Shown here one piece after another: positions 40,542-49,024 of a DNA stretch of 64,000 nt. Position 1 is the first letter of the stretch; every line of letters starts with the position of its first letter. The translations under genes and the position numbers were made by a program. This DNA is from an uncultured Chloroflexia bacterium (lineage in GTDB: Bacteria > Chloroflexota > Limnocylindria > Limnocylindrales > CSP1-4): assembly GCA_963833225.1 (NCBI GenBank), contig CAWHXD010000019.1, positions 832,001 through 896,000 of the forward strand, given 5' to 3'. A model generated the notes under the pieces. It saw only the letters and a program-made list of their open reading frames with translations, had not been told where the DNA came from and did not search any database.

Positions 40542-41015
40542 ATGTCATCCTCGACGGCCACGAAGGCTCCTGAGCAGACGCACGGCTGCGTGCGCTGCGG
40601 CGCGCCCATCCCGCTCCACGAGGGCATGTGCGAGGCCTGCAACCCGCTCGGGCTCAAGGCGCCGGCCGCATCGCAGGCCCACGGGACCGTGTTCGTGGGA
40701 ATCGTGATCGCCGTGGTGATCATGGCCGTGGTCGCCCGCGCGCTGATCGCCGACGTCGGGCCGTTCACCTCGTCGGTCGCCGGGGTGGCCACGGATCCGG
40801 CGGGGTTGCTGCTCACCGTGAGCGTGACCAACGAAGGCACCAATGCGGGGACGACAACCTGCCGGATCGACGACCCGTCGCGCGGCGGCATCGGGCCCGA
40901 CGCGATGTTCATCGAGAGCCCGAAGGTCGAGGGCGGGCAGACGATCACCTTCGACGTGGTGGTCCCGGAGTTCGGGACGGAGCCCCGCGAGCTGCTCGCG
41001 GACTGCGGTTCGTGA
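40542..41015 (+). CDS. Zinc-ribbon / TM / Ig-like hypothetical protein
   Basis: CVRC...CEAC, one TM helix, then a beta-rich domain (VSVTNEG) with two Cys. Confidence 0.7.
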   Translation: MSSSTATKAPEQTHGCVRCGAPIPLHEGMCEACNPLGLKAPAASQAHGTVFVGIVIAVVIMAVVARALIADVGPFTSSVAGVATDPAGLLLTVSVTNEGTNAGTTTCRIDDPSRGGIGPDAMFIESPKVEGGQTITFDVVVPEFGTEPRELLADCGS

Positions 41016-41848
41016 CGGCATCGCGGTACGCGGCCGACGCGGCGTTCACCCGCGAGCTGGCGGAGCGGGCCGGCCGCCTGCTGCACGAGCACTATGAGCA
41101 CGTCGAGACCATCGACCACAAGTCGGCCCGGGACGTGGTCACCGAGGTTGACCACCTGTCCGAGGCCCTGATCCTCGATGCGATCCGCGGGCGGCACCCG
41201 ACCGACGGGGTCCTGGCCGAGGAGTCCGGCGCCCACCACGGTCGCGGGTCCACGCCGGGCCGGGCGGCGGTGGCCGAGGTCTCGCGCGCCCTGGCGTCCG
41301 GCCGGACCTGGGTGGTTGACCCGCTCGACGGGACGGTGAACTACGCCAACGGGATCCCGTACTTCTGCGTGTCGATTGCGCTGGTCGAGGACGGCCGGCC
41401 GGTGGCCGGCGCGGTCTGCGACCCGATGCGCGGCGAGACCTGGTGGGCGACCGCCGATGGTCCGGCGTGGCTGGGCGACCGCGAGATCCACGCGTCGCGC
41501 AAGGAGGCGCTCACGGACTACGTGATCTCGCTGGCCCTCGGCGGGCGGGGGGTCGCGACGCGCGGGCGGGCCGTGCGCAAGGCCATCCGGGCGGCACGCA
41601 ACACGGGATCGGCGGCGCTGGCCCTCGCGTACGTGGCGAACGGGCGGTTCGATGCCTTCCTCCAGTCCGGTGGCATGTCCGCGTGGGACGTCGCCGCGGC
41701 CGGGCTGATCGCCGAGCGCGCCGGGGCGGTGGTGACCGGCGCGAGCGGCGGCCCCTGGTTCGACGTGGAGGGGGCGACCCGCGGGTTCGGGATCGTGGCG
41801 GCGCCGGCGCCCCACCACGCAACGCTGCTCGGGCTCTCTCGCGGGTAG
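41012..41848 (+). CDS. Inositol monophosphatase family protein
   Basis: DVVTEVD, EE, WVVDPLDGTVNY and WDVAAAGLI motifs. Confidence 0.92.
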   Translation: MTASRYAADAAFTRELAERAGRLLHEHYEHVETIDHKSARDVVTEVDHLSEALILDAIRGRHPTDGVLAEESGAHHGRGSTPGRAAVAEVSRALASGRTWVVDPLDGTVNYANGIPYFCVSIALVEDGRPVAGAVCDPMRGETWWATADGPAWLGDREIHASRKEALTDYVISLALGGRGVATRGRAVRKAIRAARNTGSAALALAYVANGRFDAFLQSGGMSAWDVAAAGLIAERAGAVVTGASGGPWFDVEGATRGFGIVAAPAPHHATLLGLSRG

Positions 41849-41913
41849 ACTCGCAGCCTCGGGCGGCCCGTCGACCCGCGGTCCTGGTCCGGAGGAGGCT
41901 CACGGAGGATCGC

Positions 41914-42642
41914 ATGAACATCAAGGATGTCGAGGGGATCGGGCCGGTCTACGCCGAGAAGCTGGCAGGCGCCGGGGTGAGCACCACGGATGCATTGCTG
42001 GAGCGGGGCGCGCGGCCAAAGGGTCGGGCGGAGCTGGCGGACGAGACCGGCATCTCGCCCAAGCTGATCCTCGAGTGGGTCAATCACGTCGATCTGATGC
42101 GGGTGCACGGGGTCGGCTCCCAGTACGCGGACCTGCTCTCGCTCGCGGGCGTGGACTCGCCGCTGGAGCTGGCGCGGCGCAACCCCGCCAACCTGGCCGG
42201 GACCTTTGCCGAGATCGATGCCGCCCGACCGGACGATGTGCGTCGAGTCCCGTCCGAGGAGACCGTGACCGGCTGGGTCGATCACGCGAAGTCGTTGTCC
42301 CGGGCCATGTTCCATGAGGACGGGCCGGCGTCGGGGTCGGCGGGTGCGAGCACCGCGCCGGCGCCCGCAACGGAGCCGGCAGCCGGTGCCGCGGCTCCCA
42401 CGCCCGATGAGAAGGCGGAGCCGGCACCGGTGCCGCGACCCGCTGCCAGGCCGGCACCCGCAGCCAAGCCGGCGCCTGCCACGAAGGCCGAGCCGCCCGC
42501 CAAGCCGGCGCCTGCCGCGAAGCCCAAGCCTGCCGCCAAGCCCAAGCGCGCCGCCAAGCCGGCGCGGGGCTCGTCCCGGCGCCCGGCCGCGATGCTCAAG
42601 GGCCTGTGGGCCAGGGTCAAGCGACTGATCCGCCGGGGCTAA
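41914..42642 (+). CDS. DUF4332 (HhH) protein with Pro/Ala/Lys-rich tail
   Basis: VEGIGPVYAEKL and DLMRVHGVGSQYADLL..AGVD motifs; PAAKP repeats. Confidence 0.85.
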   Translation: MNIKDVEGIGPVYAEKLAGAGVSTTDALLERGARPKGRAELADETGISPKLILEWVNHVDLMRVHGVGSQYADLLSLAGVDSPLELARRNPANLAGTFAEIDAARPDDVRRVPSEETVTGWVDHAKSLSRAMFHEDGPASGSAGASTAPAPATEPAAGAAAPTPDEKAEPAPVPRPAARPAPAAKPAPATKAEPPAKPAPAAKPKPAAKPKRAAKPARGSSRRPAAMLKGLWARVKRLIRRG

Positions 42643-42676
42643 TGGGCTCGACCGGCCACTTCGGCGGCCGGCCGGA

Positions 42677-43570
42677 TCAATCCCGCCAGCGGTGCGGGCG
42701 CTCGGCGAGTCGCGCCAGCCCCCATGCCTCGCAGAACGCGTGCCATCGTGCGCGGTCCGCGCCCTGCCACCGGAGCTCGTCCACGTCCGCCTGTGGGATC
42801 GACACCCCGTCGGCCGTCGTCCGCAGCCGGGCCAGGTCCCGGTAGAGCAGCGCCTCGTCCATCCGGTCGCGAAGCGTCGCCGCCAGGGCCGGCGCGCCCC
42901 GGAGCCCGGGCACGTCCCAGTCGGATGCCGCCGACGGGACCGCCTCCAGCGAGCCATACCGCGCGAGCACCGCTGACGCGGACTTGTCGCCCCAGCCGGG
43001 CAGGCCCGGGAAGCCGTCGGCCGCATCGCCCACCAGCGCCAGCCGATCGGCGACCGCGGACGGCGGCACGCCCCACTTCGCACGCACCCCGGCGTCGTCG
43101 TAGACCAGGTCGCGACGCCGGTCCCAGAGCACCACCCGCTCGTCGCGCACGCACTGGGCCATGTCCTTGTCCGGGGTGCAGATCAGGATCCGCTCGACGC
43201 GAGCGTCGGCGGCGAACCGCTCGGCGGCAGCGGCGATCGCATCGTCCGCCTCGTACTCGACCATCGGCCACAGCACGATCCCCAGCGCCTCGATGGCGGC
43301 CTCCGCGACCGCGAACTGTGCGAGGAGCTCCGGGTCCATTCCCGCCTCCGTCTTGTAGCCCGCGTACAGGTCGTTGCGGAAGGAGCGGATGACACGATCC
43401 GTGGCGCACCCCACGTGCGTCGCGCCCTGCTCGCGGAGCAGGTAGAGGAGCTGCTCCACGAGGCCGGAGACACCGCTCAGGACCACGCCCTCGCGACCGA
43501 GCACGGGCGGGCGCGGCGAGAAGTGGGCGCGGAACAGCTCGTATGTGGCGTCGACCAGGTGGACCTGCAT
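42677..43570 (-). CDS. Stand-alone 5'-3' exonuclease (flap endonuclease-like)
   Basis: LVDAT, YAGYK, EADD, DKDMAQ and LVGDAADGFPG motifs. Confidence 0.9.
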   Translation of the reverse strand: MQVHLVDATYELFRAHFSPRPPVLGREGVVLSGVSGLVEQLLYLLREQGATHVGCATDRVIRSFRNDLYAGYKTEAGMDPELLAQFAVAEAAIEALGIVLWPMVEYEADDAIAAAAERFAADARVERILICTPDKDMAQCVRDERVVLWDRRRDLVYDDAGVRAKWGVPPSAVADRLALVGDAADGFPGLPGWGDKSASAVLARYGSLEAVPSAASDWDVPGLRGAPALAATLRDRMDEALLYRDLARLRTTADGVSIPQADVDELRWQGADRARWHAFCEAWGLARLAERPHRWRD

Positions 43571-43591
43571 CGGGCGGCGGCGGGGCGGCGG

Positions 43592-44140
43592 TCAGTCCGT
43601 GTCGCCGGTCTCGACCAGCTGCTTGAGCCGGTGGAGGTCGGCCTGGAAGATCTCGCGGAGGATCGGGGCCTGGAGGCGCGCAGCCAGCTCGGGCAGGAAG
43701 GGCGGTACCAGCGTCTCGTCCCAGCGCACGATCGTGGTGGTGCCGTCGGCGCCCGGCTCCAGGGTGATCACCCCGCCGCCCTTGAACAGGCCGTGGTGGC
43801 GGATCGCGTACCGGGTCGGGGGCTCCAGCTCGGTGACCTCGACTGGGTCCGTCATGCTGATGCCGAAGATGCGGACCGTGGCCTCGCCGCGCGTCCCGAC
43901 CCGCGCCGGCCCAGGGGTCAGGAGGCGGATGTCCTTCATCTCGTGCATCCAGGCGAGCTGGAGCGCGATGTCGGCGACGACAGCCCAGGTCCGCTCGATG
44001 GGGGCGTCGATGACCTCCAGCATCCGCAGGGGCCGTGGCGCGGCGGACCCGCGACGGGCGGCGAGGATGCGATCGACGACGAACGCGATCGGCAGCGCGA
44101 TCGCGAGCAGGAGGAGGAGGCGGAGGGGACGGCGGATCAT
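43592..44140 (-). CDS. SRPBCC family protein with N-terminal TM
   Basis: IDAPIERTW motif; C-terminal DLHRLKQLVE. Confidence 0.82.
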   Translation of the reverse strand: MIRRPLRLLLLLAIALPIAFVVDRILAARRGSAAPRPLRMLEVIDAPIERTWAVVADIALQLAWMHEMKDIRLLTPGPARVGTRGEATVRIFGISMTDPVEVTELEPPTRYAIRHHGLFKGGGVITLEPGADGTTTIVRWDETLVPPFLPELAARLQAPILREIFQADLHRLKQLVETGDTD

Positions 44141-44148
44141 CGGTGCGG

Positions 44149-44790
44149 TCAGGGTATCTCGCTTGCGTCGATTGCCACGTTCCCGTCGATCGCCCCGCTC
44201 TCGTCGATCACCACGCCGGCGGCGGCCATCTCCTCGAGCGCCCGGCGCCCGTCACCTTCCTGCACGTTGACGGCCGCGATGGCGTCCGTGAGCACGGTCG
44301 TGCGGAAGCCCAGCCGGGCGGAATCGAGCGCGGTTGCCTTGACGCAGTAGTCCGTCGCCAGCCCGACCACGACGACCTCCTGGACCCCGGCCGTCTCGAG
44401 CAGGGGCTGGAGAATCGTAGGGACGTCCGCGCCGGTCACGGCGTCGCGCATGGTGAACGCGGAGTAGCCGTCTTCGCCGTTGCTGCCCTTGCGCACGATG
44501 CACGTGCCCGGCGGTGCGTCCAGCGCCGGGTGCAGCTCGGCGCCCCAGGAGTCGGCTACGCAGTGGACCGGCCACGGACCGCCGTCGCGCGCGAAATGCG
44601 GCGTGTGGCTCGGGTGCCAGTCCTGGGTGAGCACGAGGAATCCACCGCTCGCCAGCGCCAGGGCCGCCTCCCGGTTGATGACCGGGATGACGTCCGGTGC
44701 GCCCCGTACCGACAACGAGCCCCGCGGGTCAGCGAAGTCGTTCTGGACGTCGACGATGACGAGGGCGACCCCCGTCTGGTAGCGCACCAT
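44149..44790 (-). CDS. pncA: Nicotinamidase / pyrazinamidase
   Basis: IVDVQNDF, TQDWH, WPVHCV, YSAF and GLATDYCV motifs. Confidence 0.88.
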   Translation of the reverse strand: MVRYQTGVALVIVDVQNDFADPRGSLSVRGAPDVIPVINREAALALASGGFLVLTQDWHPSHTPHFARDGGPWPVHCVADSWGAELHPALDAPPGTCIVRKGSNGEDGYSAFTMRDAVTGADVPTILQPLLETAGVQEVVVVGLATDYCVKATALDSARLGFRTTVLTDAIAAVNVQEGDGRRALEEMAAAGVVIDESGAIDGNVAIDASEIP

Positions 44791-44838
44791 GCGTTGAGGC
44801 TAGCGCGGTTCTGGCCTCACGTCGCGGGCCGGGTGTCA

Positions 44839-44915
44839 CGGTCGGGCGAGGTCCTCACCCGGTGCGGTCGAGCGAGGTCCTCACCCGGTGCGGTCGAGCG
44901 AGGTCCTCACGCGGT
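44839..44915. repeat. 26-bp tandem repeat, about 3 copies
   Basis: CGGTCG(A/G)GCGAGGTCCTCACCCGGTG at 44839, 44865 and 44891; the last copy abuts the stop codon of the HTH gene. Confidence 0.92.
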
Positions 44916-45568
44916 CAGATGACCAGGAGGCCGCTTGCTTCGGGAAGGCGCCCCGCGCCGAGCGATCTCAGCAGGTCCCGGCCGTCGAGCGGCAGGAGCG
45001 AGCGCAGGTCCTCTCGATGAAGGGCGAGAACCCGCCGATTGGCCGCTGTGTCCGACACGATGAGGATGAGGAGGTCCACCGCTCCGTCGCGCAGCTTGAG
45101 GGCCAGCCGCCGCTCCAGGGCCTGGACATCCGCAAGCCTCGTTTCCGCCTCGCACCCGGCCCGCCGGTCCCGCAGGACGACGCATGCGTCCCACGCCCGG
45201 CGATCGCCCGGGATCGGCAGTGGCACCTCCGTCGTCCAGATCGCCCCTGGCGGAAGCCTGGCCCGGAACCGCTCGAGGAGCGCAAGCTGCGCACGGTCAC
45301 GGACCGGGTCGCCGTCCGGATAGAGTCTCGCTCCCAGACGAAGCCCGACCGCCGTACCGGCCCGGGCGGCCTGCCCGAACGTAAGATCCCGGTTGGAGCC
45401 TCGCTCGATCCGCCCGAGCTGTGCGTGCGACATGCCGGCCGCCGCGCCGGCTGCATGCTGGCTCAGGCCCGCGGCCAGTCGTGCCGCGCGCAGGTCCTCG
45501 CCAACCTGGCGCTGGATGCGAGCGGCCAGGTGTCGTCCCTCGTCAGCGGGATTGCGTCGGGTGGGCAT
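44915..45568 (-). CDS. XRE HTH fused to a putative PD-(D/E)XK-like nuclease domain
   Basis: LRAARLAAGLSQ...LGRIERG HTH; C-terminal EVPL...AWD...CEAET...LLILIV pattern. CAGGAT -10 lies 6 nt before the ATG. Confidence 0.75.
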   Translation of the reverse strand: MPTRRNPADEGRHLAARIQRQVGEDLRAARLAAGLSQHAAGAAAGMSHAQLGRIERGSNRDLTFGQAARAGTAVGLRLGARLYPDGDPVRDRAQLALLERFRARLPPGAIWTTEVPLPIPGDRRAWDACVVLRDRRAGCEAETRLADVQALERRLALKLRDGAVDLLILIVSDTAANRRVLALHREDLRSLLPLDGRDLLRSLGAGRLPEASGLLVI

Positions 45569-45732
45569 GGCGCAATCCTGGCGGGCCCCACTCATCTGGC
45601 GCTTACGCCAGCCCCGATCCAGCCCCGGCCCAGCCCGGCCCGCTGTTGGCTGCCGCGGTACGCCCCGCCGTGGCAGGCTCGCCCGACGTGATCGGCTCGC
45701 CCAGCGCTGCTATCGCGCTCGTCCGCCGCTGT

Positions 45733-45827
45733 CCCGCCGTGGTCCACTCGCCCCGCCGTCGTCCGCTCGCCCCGCCGTGGTCCACTCGCCCCGCCGTGGT
45801 CCGCTCGCCCCGCCGTGGTCCGCTCGC
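45733..45827. repeat. 19-bp tandem repeat, 5 copies
   Basis: CCCGCCGT(G/C)GTCC(A/G)CTCGC at 45733, 45752, 45771, 45790 and 45809. Confidence 0.93.
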
Positions 45828-45985
45828 CCAGCGTTCGCTATCGCGGTTCACCCGGCAGTGTGAACGCCCGGCGAGCCGTCCCACGGCTGACGGGCCCGCC
45901 AGTGTCGCCGCCGCTCGCCCAGAGAGCAGCGCGGCGGATATCGCGTCCGGCGCGCAAGGACAACCGCGACAGGGAACGCTGGGCG
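45825..45985. repeat. 161-bp element bounded by 24-bp inverted repeats
   Basis: CGCCCAGCGTTCGCTATCGCGGTT (45825-45848) matches the reverse complement of 45962-45985 at 22/24 positions; internal hairpins. Confidence 0.8.
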
Positions 45986-46189
45986 TTCAGTGGGAGGTGG
46001 CCGTTCGGCGGGAAGCGGCAAAGCGTGAACCCACCGCCGAGCCCCGCCCCGCCCCGCGCGAGCCACCCGCCCCGCCCCGCCCCGCGGGAGCCGCCACCCG
46101 CGCGACCCGAGCCCCCGCGCGAGCCACGCATCGGGGCTACGCTTGAAGCCCCCGAAGGCGAGACCGTCGCCAGCGTCCACGGAGCCCCG

Positions 46190-48868
46190 ATGTACATCGA
46201 CGATTTCAAGCAGCAGCTGCCCGACATCGACGAGGCCGAGACCCGCGAGTGGATCGACTCGCTCGACCAGGTCCTGGACCAGGCGGGCGAGAACCGCGCC
46301 CGGTTCCTGATGTTCAAGCTGCTCAAGCGGGCTCGCCAGCGCCAGATCGGCGTCCCGGCCCTCACCCAGACGCGCTACATCAACACGATCAGCCCCGAGC
46401 AGGAGCCCTACTTCCCCGGCAATGAGGAGCTGGAGCGGCGGATCCGCCGGCTGATCCGCTGGAACGCGGTGGCGATGGTCCTGCGGGCGAACGTGCGCTT
46501 CCCGGGTATCGGTGGCCACATGTCCACCTATGCGTCGGCCGCGAGCCTGTATGAGGTGGGCTTCAACCACTTCTTCCGCGGCAAGGAGCACCCGGGTGGC
46601 GGCGACCAGGTCTTCTTCCAGGGCCACGCGGCGCCCGGCATCTACGCCCGCGCGTTCCTCGAGGGTCGCCTCTCCGGGGAGGACCTGGACCACTACCGCC
46701 GCGAGACCGGCGGCCGCGGCCTCAGCTCGTACCCCCACCCGAGGCTGATGCCGGACTTCTGGGAGTTCCCCACGGTCTCGATGGGCCTCGGCCCGCTCGC
46801 GGCCGTGTACCAGGCGCGCTTCAACCGCTACCTCCACAACCGTGGCCTCAAGGACACCAGCCAGCAGCGCGTGTGGGCCTACCTGGGCGACGGCGAGATG
46901 GACGAGCCCGAGGCGATCAGCGGGATCGCGCTTGCCGCCCGGGAGGGCCTGGACAACCTGACGTTCGTGGTCAACTGCAACCTCCAGCGTCTCGACGGAC
47001 CCGTCCGCGGCAACGGCAAGGTCATCCAGGAGCTCGAGGGCCTGTTCCGCGGTGCCGGCTGGAACGTGATCAAGGTGATCTGGGGCCGGGAGTGGGACGA
47101 GCTCCTCGCGCGCGACTCGGACGGCGTCCTGGTCGAGAAGATGAACACGACCGTGGACGGCGAGTTCCAGAAGTACTCGACCTCCACCGGCCTCTACGTC
47201 CGGGAGCACTTCTTCGGGCCCGACCCGAGGCTTCGCAAGCTCGTTGAGCACCTCACCGACGGGGACATCGAGCGCCTCCGCCGCGGCGGCCACGACTACC
47301 ACAAGGTGTTCGCCGCCTACAAGGCCGCGACCGAGCACCGGGGCGCACCGACCGTGATCCTCGCCAAGACCGTCAAGGGCTGGACGCTGGGCAAGGGTGT
47401 CGAGGCCCGGAACTTCACGCACCAGGCGAAGAAGCTCCGCGAGGACGAGCTGCGCGTGTTCCGCGATCGCCTCGAGCTGCCCATCCCCGATGACAAGCTC
47501 GCCGAGGCGCCGTACTTCCACCCGGGCTCCGGCTCGCCGGAGGTGGAGTACATGATCGAGCGCCGGGCCTCGCTCGGCGGTTCGGTCCCGCGACGCGTCG
47601 TCCGGTCGGCGCCGCTGCCCAGCCCCGCGTCCGCCGTGGACGCCGAGTTCGCCGCCGGCGGCGCGACCGAGGTCTCCACGACCATGGTCTTCGCGCGCCT
47701 GCTTCGCAACCTCCTGCGCGATCCGGGTATCGGCAAGCGGATCGTCCCCATCATCCCGGACGAGGCGCGCACCTTCGGCCTCGACCCGCTGTTCAAGGAG
47801 GTCGGCATCTACGCGGCCCATGGGCAGCACTACACCCCCGTGGACTCGGAGCTGCTCCTCTCATACCGCGAGTCGATCGACGGCCAGGTGCTGGAGGAGG
47901 GGATCAACGAGGCCGGATCGATGGCCTCGTTCCAGGCGGCCGGCACGGCCTATGCCACGCACGGCGAGCCGATGATCCCGTTCTACATGTTCTACTCGAT
48001 GTTCGGCTTCCAGCGGACCGGCGACCAGGCGTGGGCGTTTGGCGACCAGCGCGGCCGCGGGTTCATGATCGGCGCGACGGCTGGCCGCACCACGCTCGCG
48101 GGCGAGGGGCTCCAGCACGACGACGGTCACACGCACGTGCTCGCCTCGACGGTGCCGGTGATCCGCGCCTACGACCCGGCGTTCGCGTTCGAGCTGGCCG
48201 CGGTGGTCCGCGAAGGGATCGAGCGGATGTACACCGACGGCGAGGACGTCTTCTACTACGTCACCGTGTACAACGAGAACTACGCCCAGCCCGCAATGCC
48301 CGCGGGCGCCCAGGAGGGCATCGTCCGGGGGTTGTACCGGTTCGCCGCTGCCCCCAAGGTTCTGAAGGCCAAGGGTCGGGTCCGACTGGTGGGCTCGGGC
48401 TCGATCATGCAGCAGGTCATCGCCGCCCAGGGCCTCCTGGCCGAGAAGCTCGGGATCGCGGCCGAGATCTACTCCGCGACCTCCTTCCAGCAGCTCCGTC
48501 ACGACGCGCTGCAGGTCGAGCGCTGGAACCGGCTCCACCCGGAGGCGTCGCCGCGCGTTCCCTACGTGGCCCAGGTCCTGGGCTCCGAGGGTGGCCCCGT
48601 CGTGGTGGCCACCGACTGGATGAAGACCCTGCCGGACCTCATCGCGCCGTGGGCGCCGCAGCCCTACATCACGCTCGGAACCGACGGCTACGGGCGGAGC
48701 GACACCCGGGAGGCCCTGCGCGCCCACTTCGAGATCGACCCGCCGCACATCGCGGCGGCAGCCCTCGCCGGTCTGGTCCGGTCCGGCGCCTACGACGCGA
48801 AGGCCGCGGCCGCCGCGATCCGGGAGCTGGGAGTGGACCCGGAGTCGGCCGACCCGCTCACCGCCTGA
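46190..48868 (+). CDS. aceE: Pyruvate dehydrogenase E1, homodimeric type
   Basis: ETREW, GGHMSTYAS, FPTVSMGLGP, GDGEMDEPE, NCNLQRLDGP and GEGLQH motifs. Confidence 0.96.
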   Translation: MYIDDFKQQLPDIDEAETREWIDSLDQVLDQAGENRARFLMFKLLKRARQRQIGVPALTQTRYINTISPEQEPYFPGNEELERRIRRLIRWNAVAMVLRANVRFPGIGGHMSTYASAASLYEVGFNHFFRGKEHPGGGDQVFFQGHAAPGIYARAFLEGRLSGEDLDHYRRETGGRGLSSYPHPRLMPDFWEFPTVSMGLGPLAAVYQARFNRYLHNRGLKDTSQQRVWAYLGDGEMDEPEAISGIALAAREGLDNLTFVVNCNLQRLDGPVRGNGKVIQELEGLFRGAGWNVIKVIWGREWDELLARDSDGVLVEKMNTTVDGEFQKYSTSTGLYVREHFFGPDPRLRKLVEHLTDGDIERLRRGGHDYHKVFAAYKAATEHRGAPTVILAKTVKGWTLGKGVEARNFTHQAKKLREDELRVFRDRLELPIPDDKLAEAPYFHPGSGSPEVEYMIERRASLGGSVPRRVVRSAPLPSPASAVDAEFAAGGATEVSTTMVFARLLRNLLRDPGIGKRIVPIIPDEARTFGLDPLFKEVGIYAAHGQHYTPVDSELLLSYRESIDGQVLEEGINEAGSMASFQAAGTAYATHGEPMIPFYMFYSMFGFQRTGDQAWAFGDQRGRGFMIGATAGRTTLAGEGLQHDDGHTHVLASTVPVIRAYDPAFAFELAAVVREGIERMYTDGEDVFYYVTVYNENYAQPAMPAGAQEGIVRGLYRFAAAPKVLKAKGRVRLVGSGSIMQQVIAAQGLLAEKLGIAAEIYSATSFQQLRHDALQVERWNRLHPEASPRVPYVAQVLGSEGGPVVVATDWMKTLPDLIAPWAPQPYITLGTDGYGRSDTREALRAHFEIDPPHIAAAALAGLVRSGAYDAKAAAAAIRELGVDPESADPLTA

Positions 48869-48920
48869 TCCGGCCTGCGGGACTTGATCAGGCAACCCTG
48901 CGACCCGATATCAAGCAGGC

Positions 48921-48949
48921 TTGACGATGGTCGCGGCGGTCCGTAGGAT
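48921..48949 (+). promoter_or_regulatory. Sigma70-type promoter of the FTR1 gene
   Basis: TTGACG-N17-TAGGAT. Confidence 0.7.
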
Positions 48950-49024
48950 GGCGGAGCAATCGCGCTTCCCGTCCCCCGCAGGGCGTCCCGCCCCGCTCCA
49001 CCTGCGTATCGGAGCTCCATCACC

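Noticed and set aside
44791-44811. Partial similarity to the left IR arm (GCTAGCGCGGTTC) as a cassette boundary
   Set aside because: It coincides with the pncA -10 box, and the match is short enough to be chance.
44839-45827. 26-bp and 19-bp arrays as CRISPR arrays
   Set aside because: The units are directly adjacent with no unique spacers, and there are no cas genes nearby.
45825-45985. 6S RNA or c-di-GMP riboswitch identity for the IR element
   Set aside because: It lacks the symmetric rod with central bubble and the conserved GEMM motifs; kept only as an unknown element.
48883-48901. DtxR/IdeR-like box upstream of FTR1
   Set aside because: Only about 11/19 match to the consensus; too weak in GC-rich DNA.
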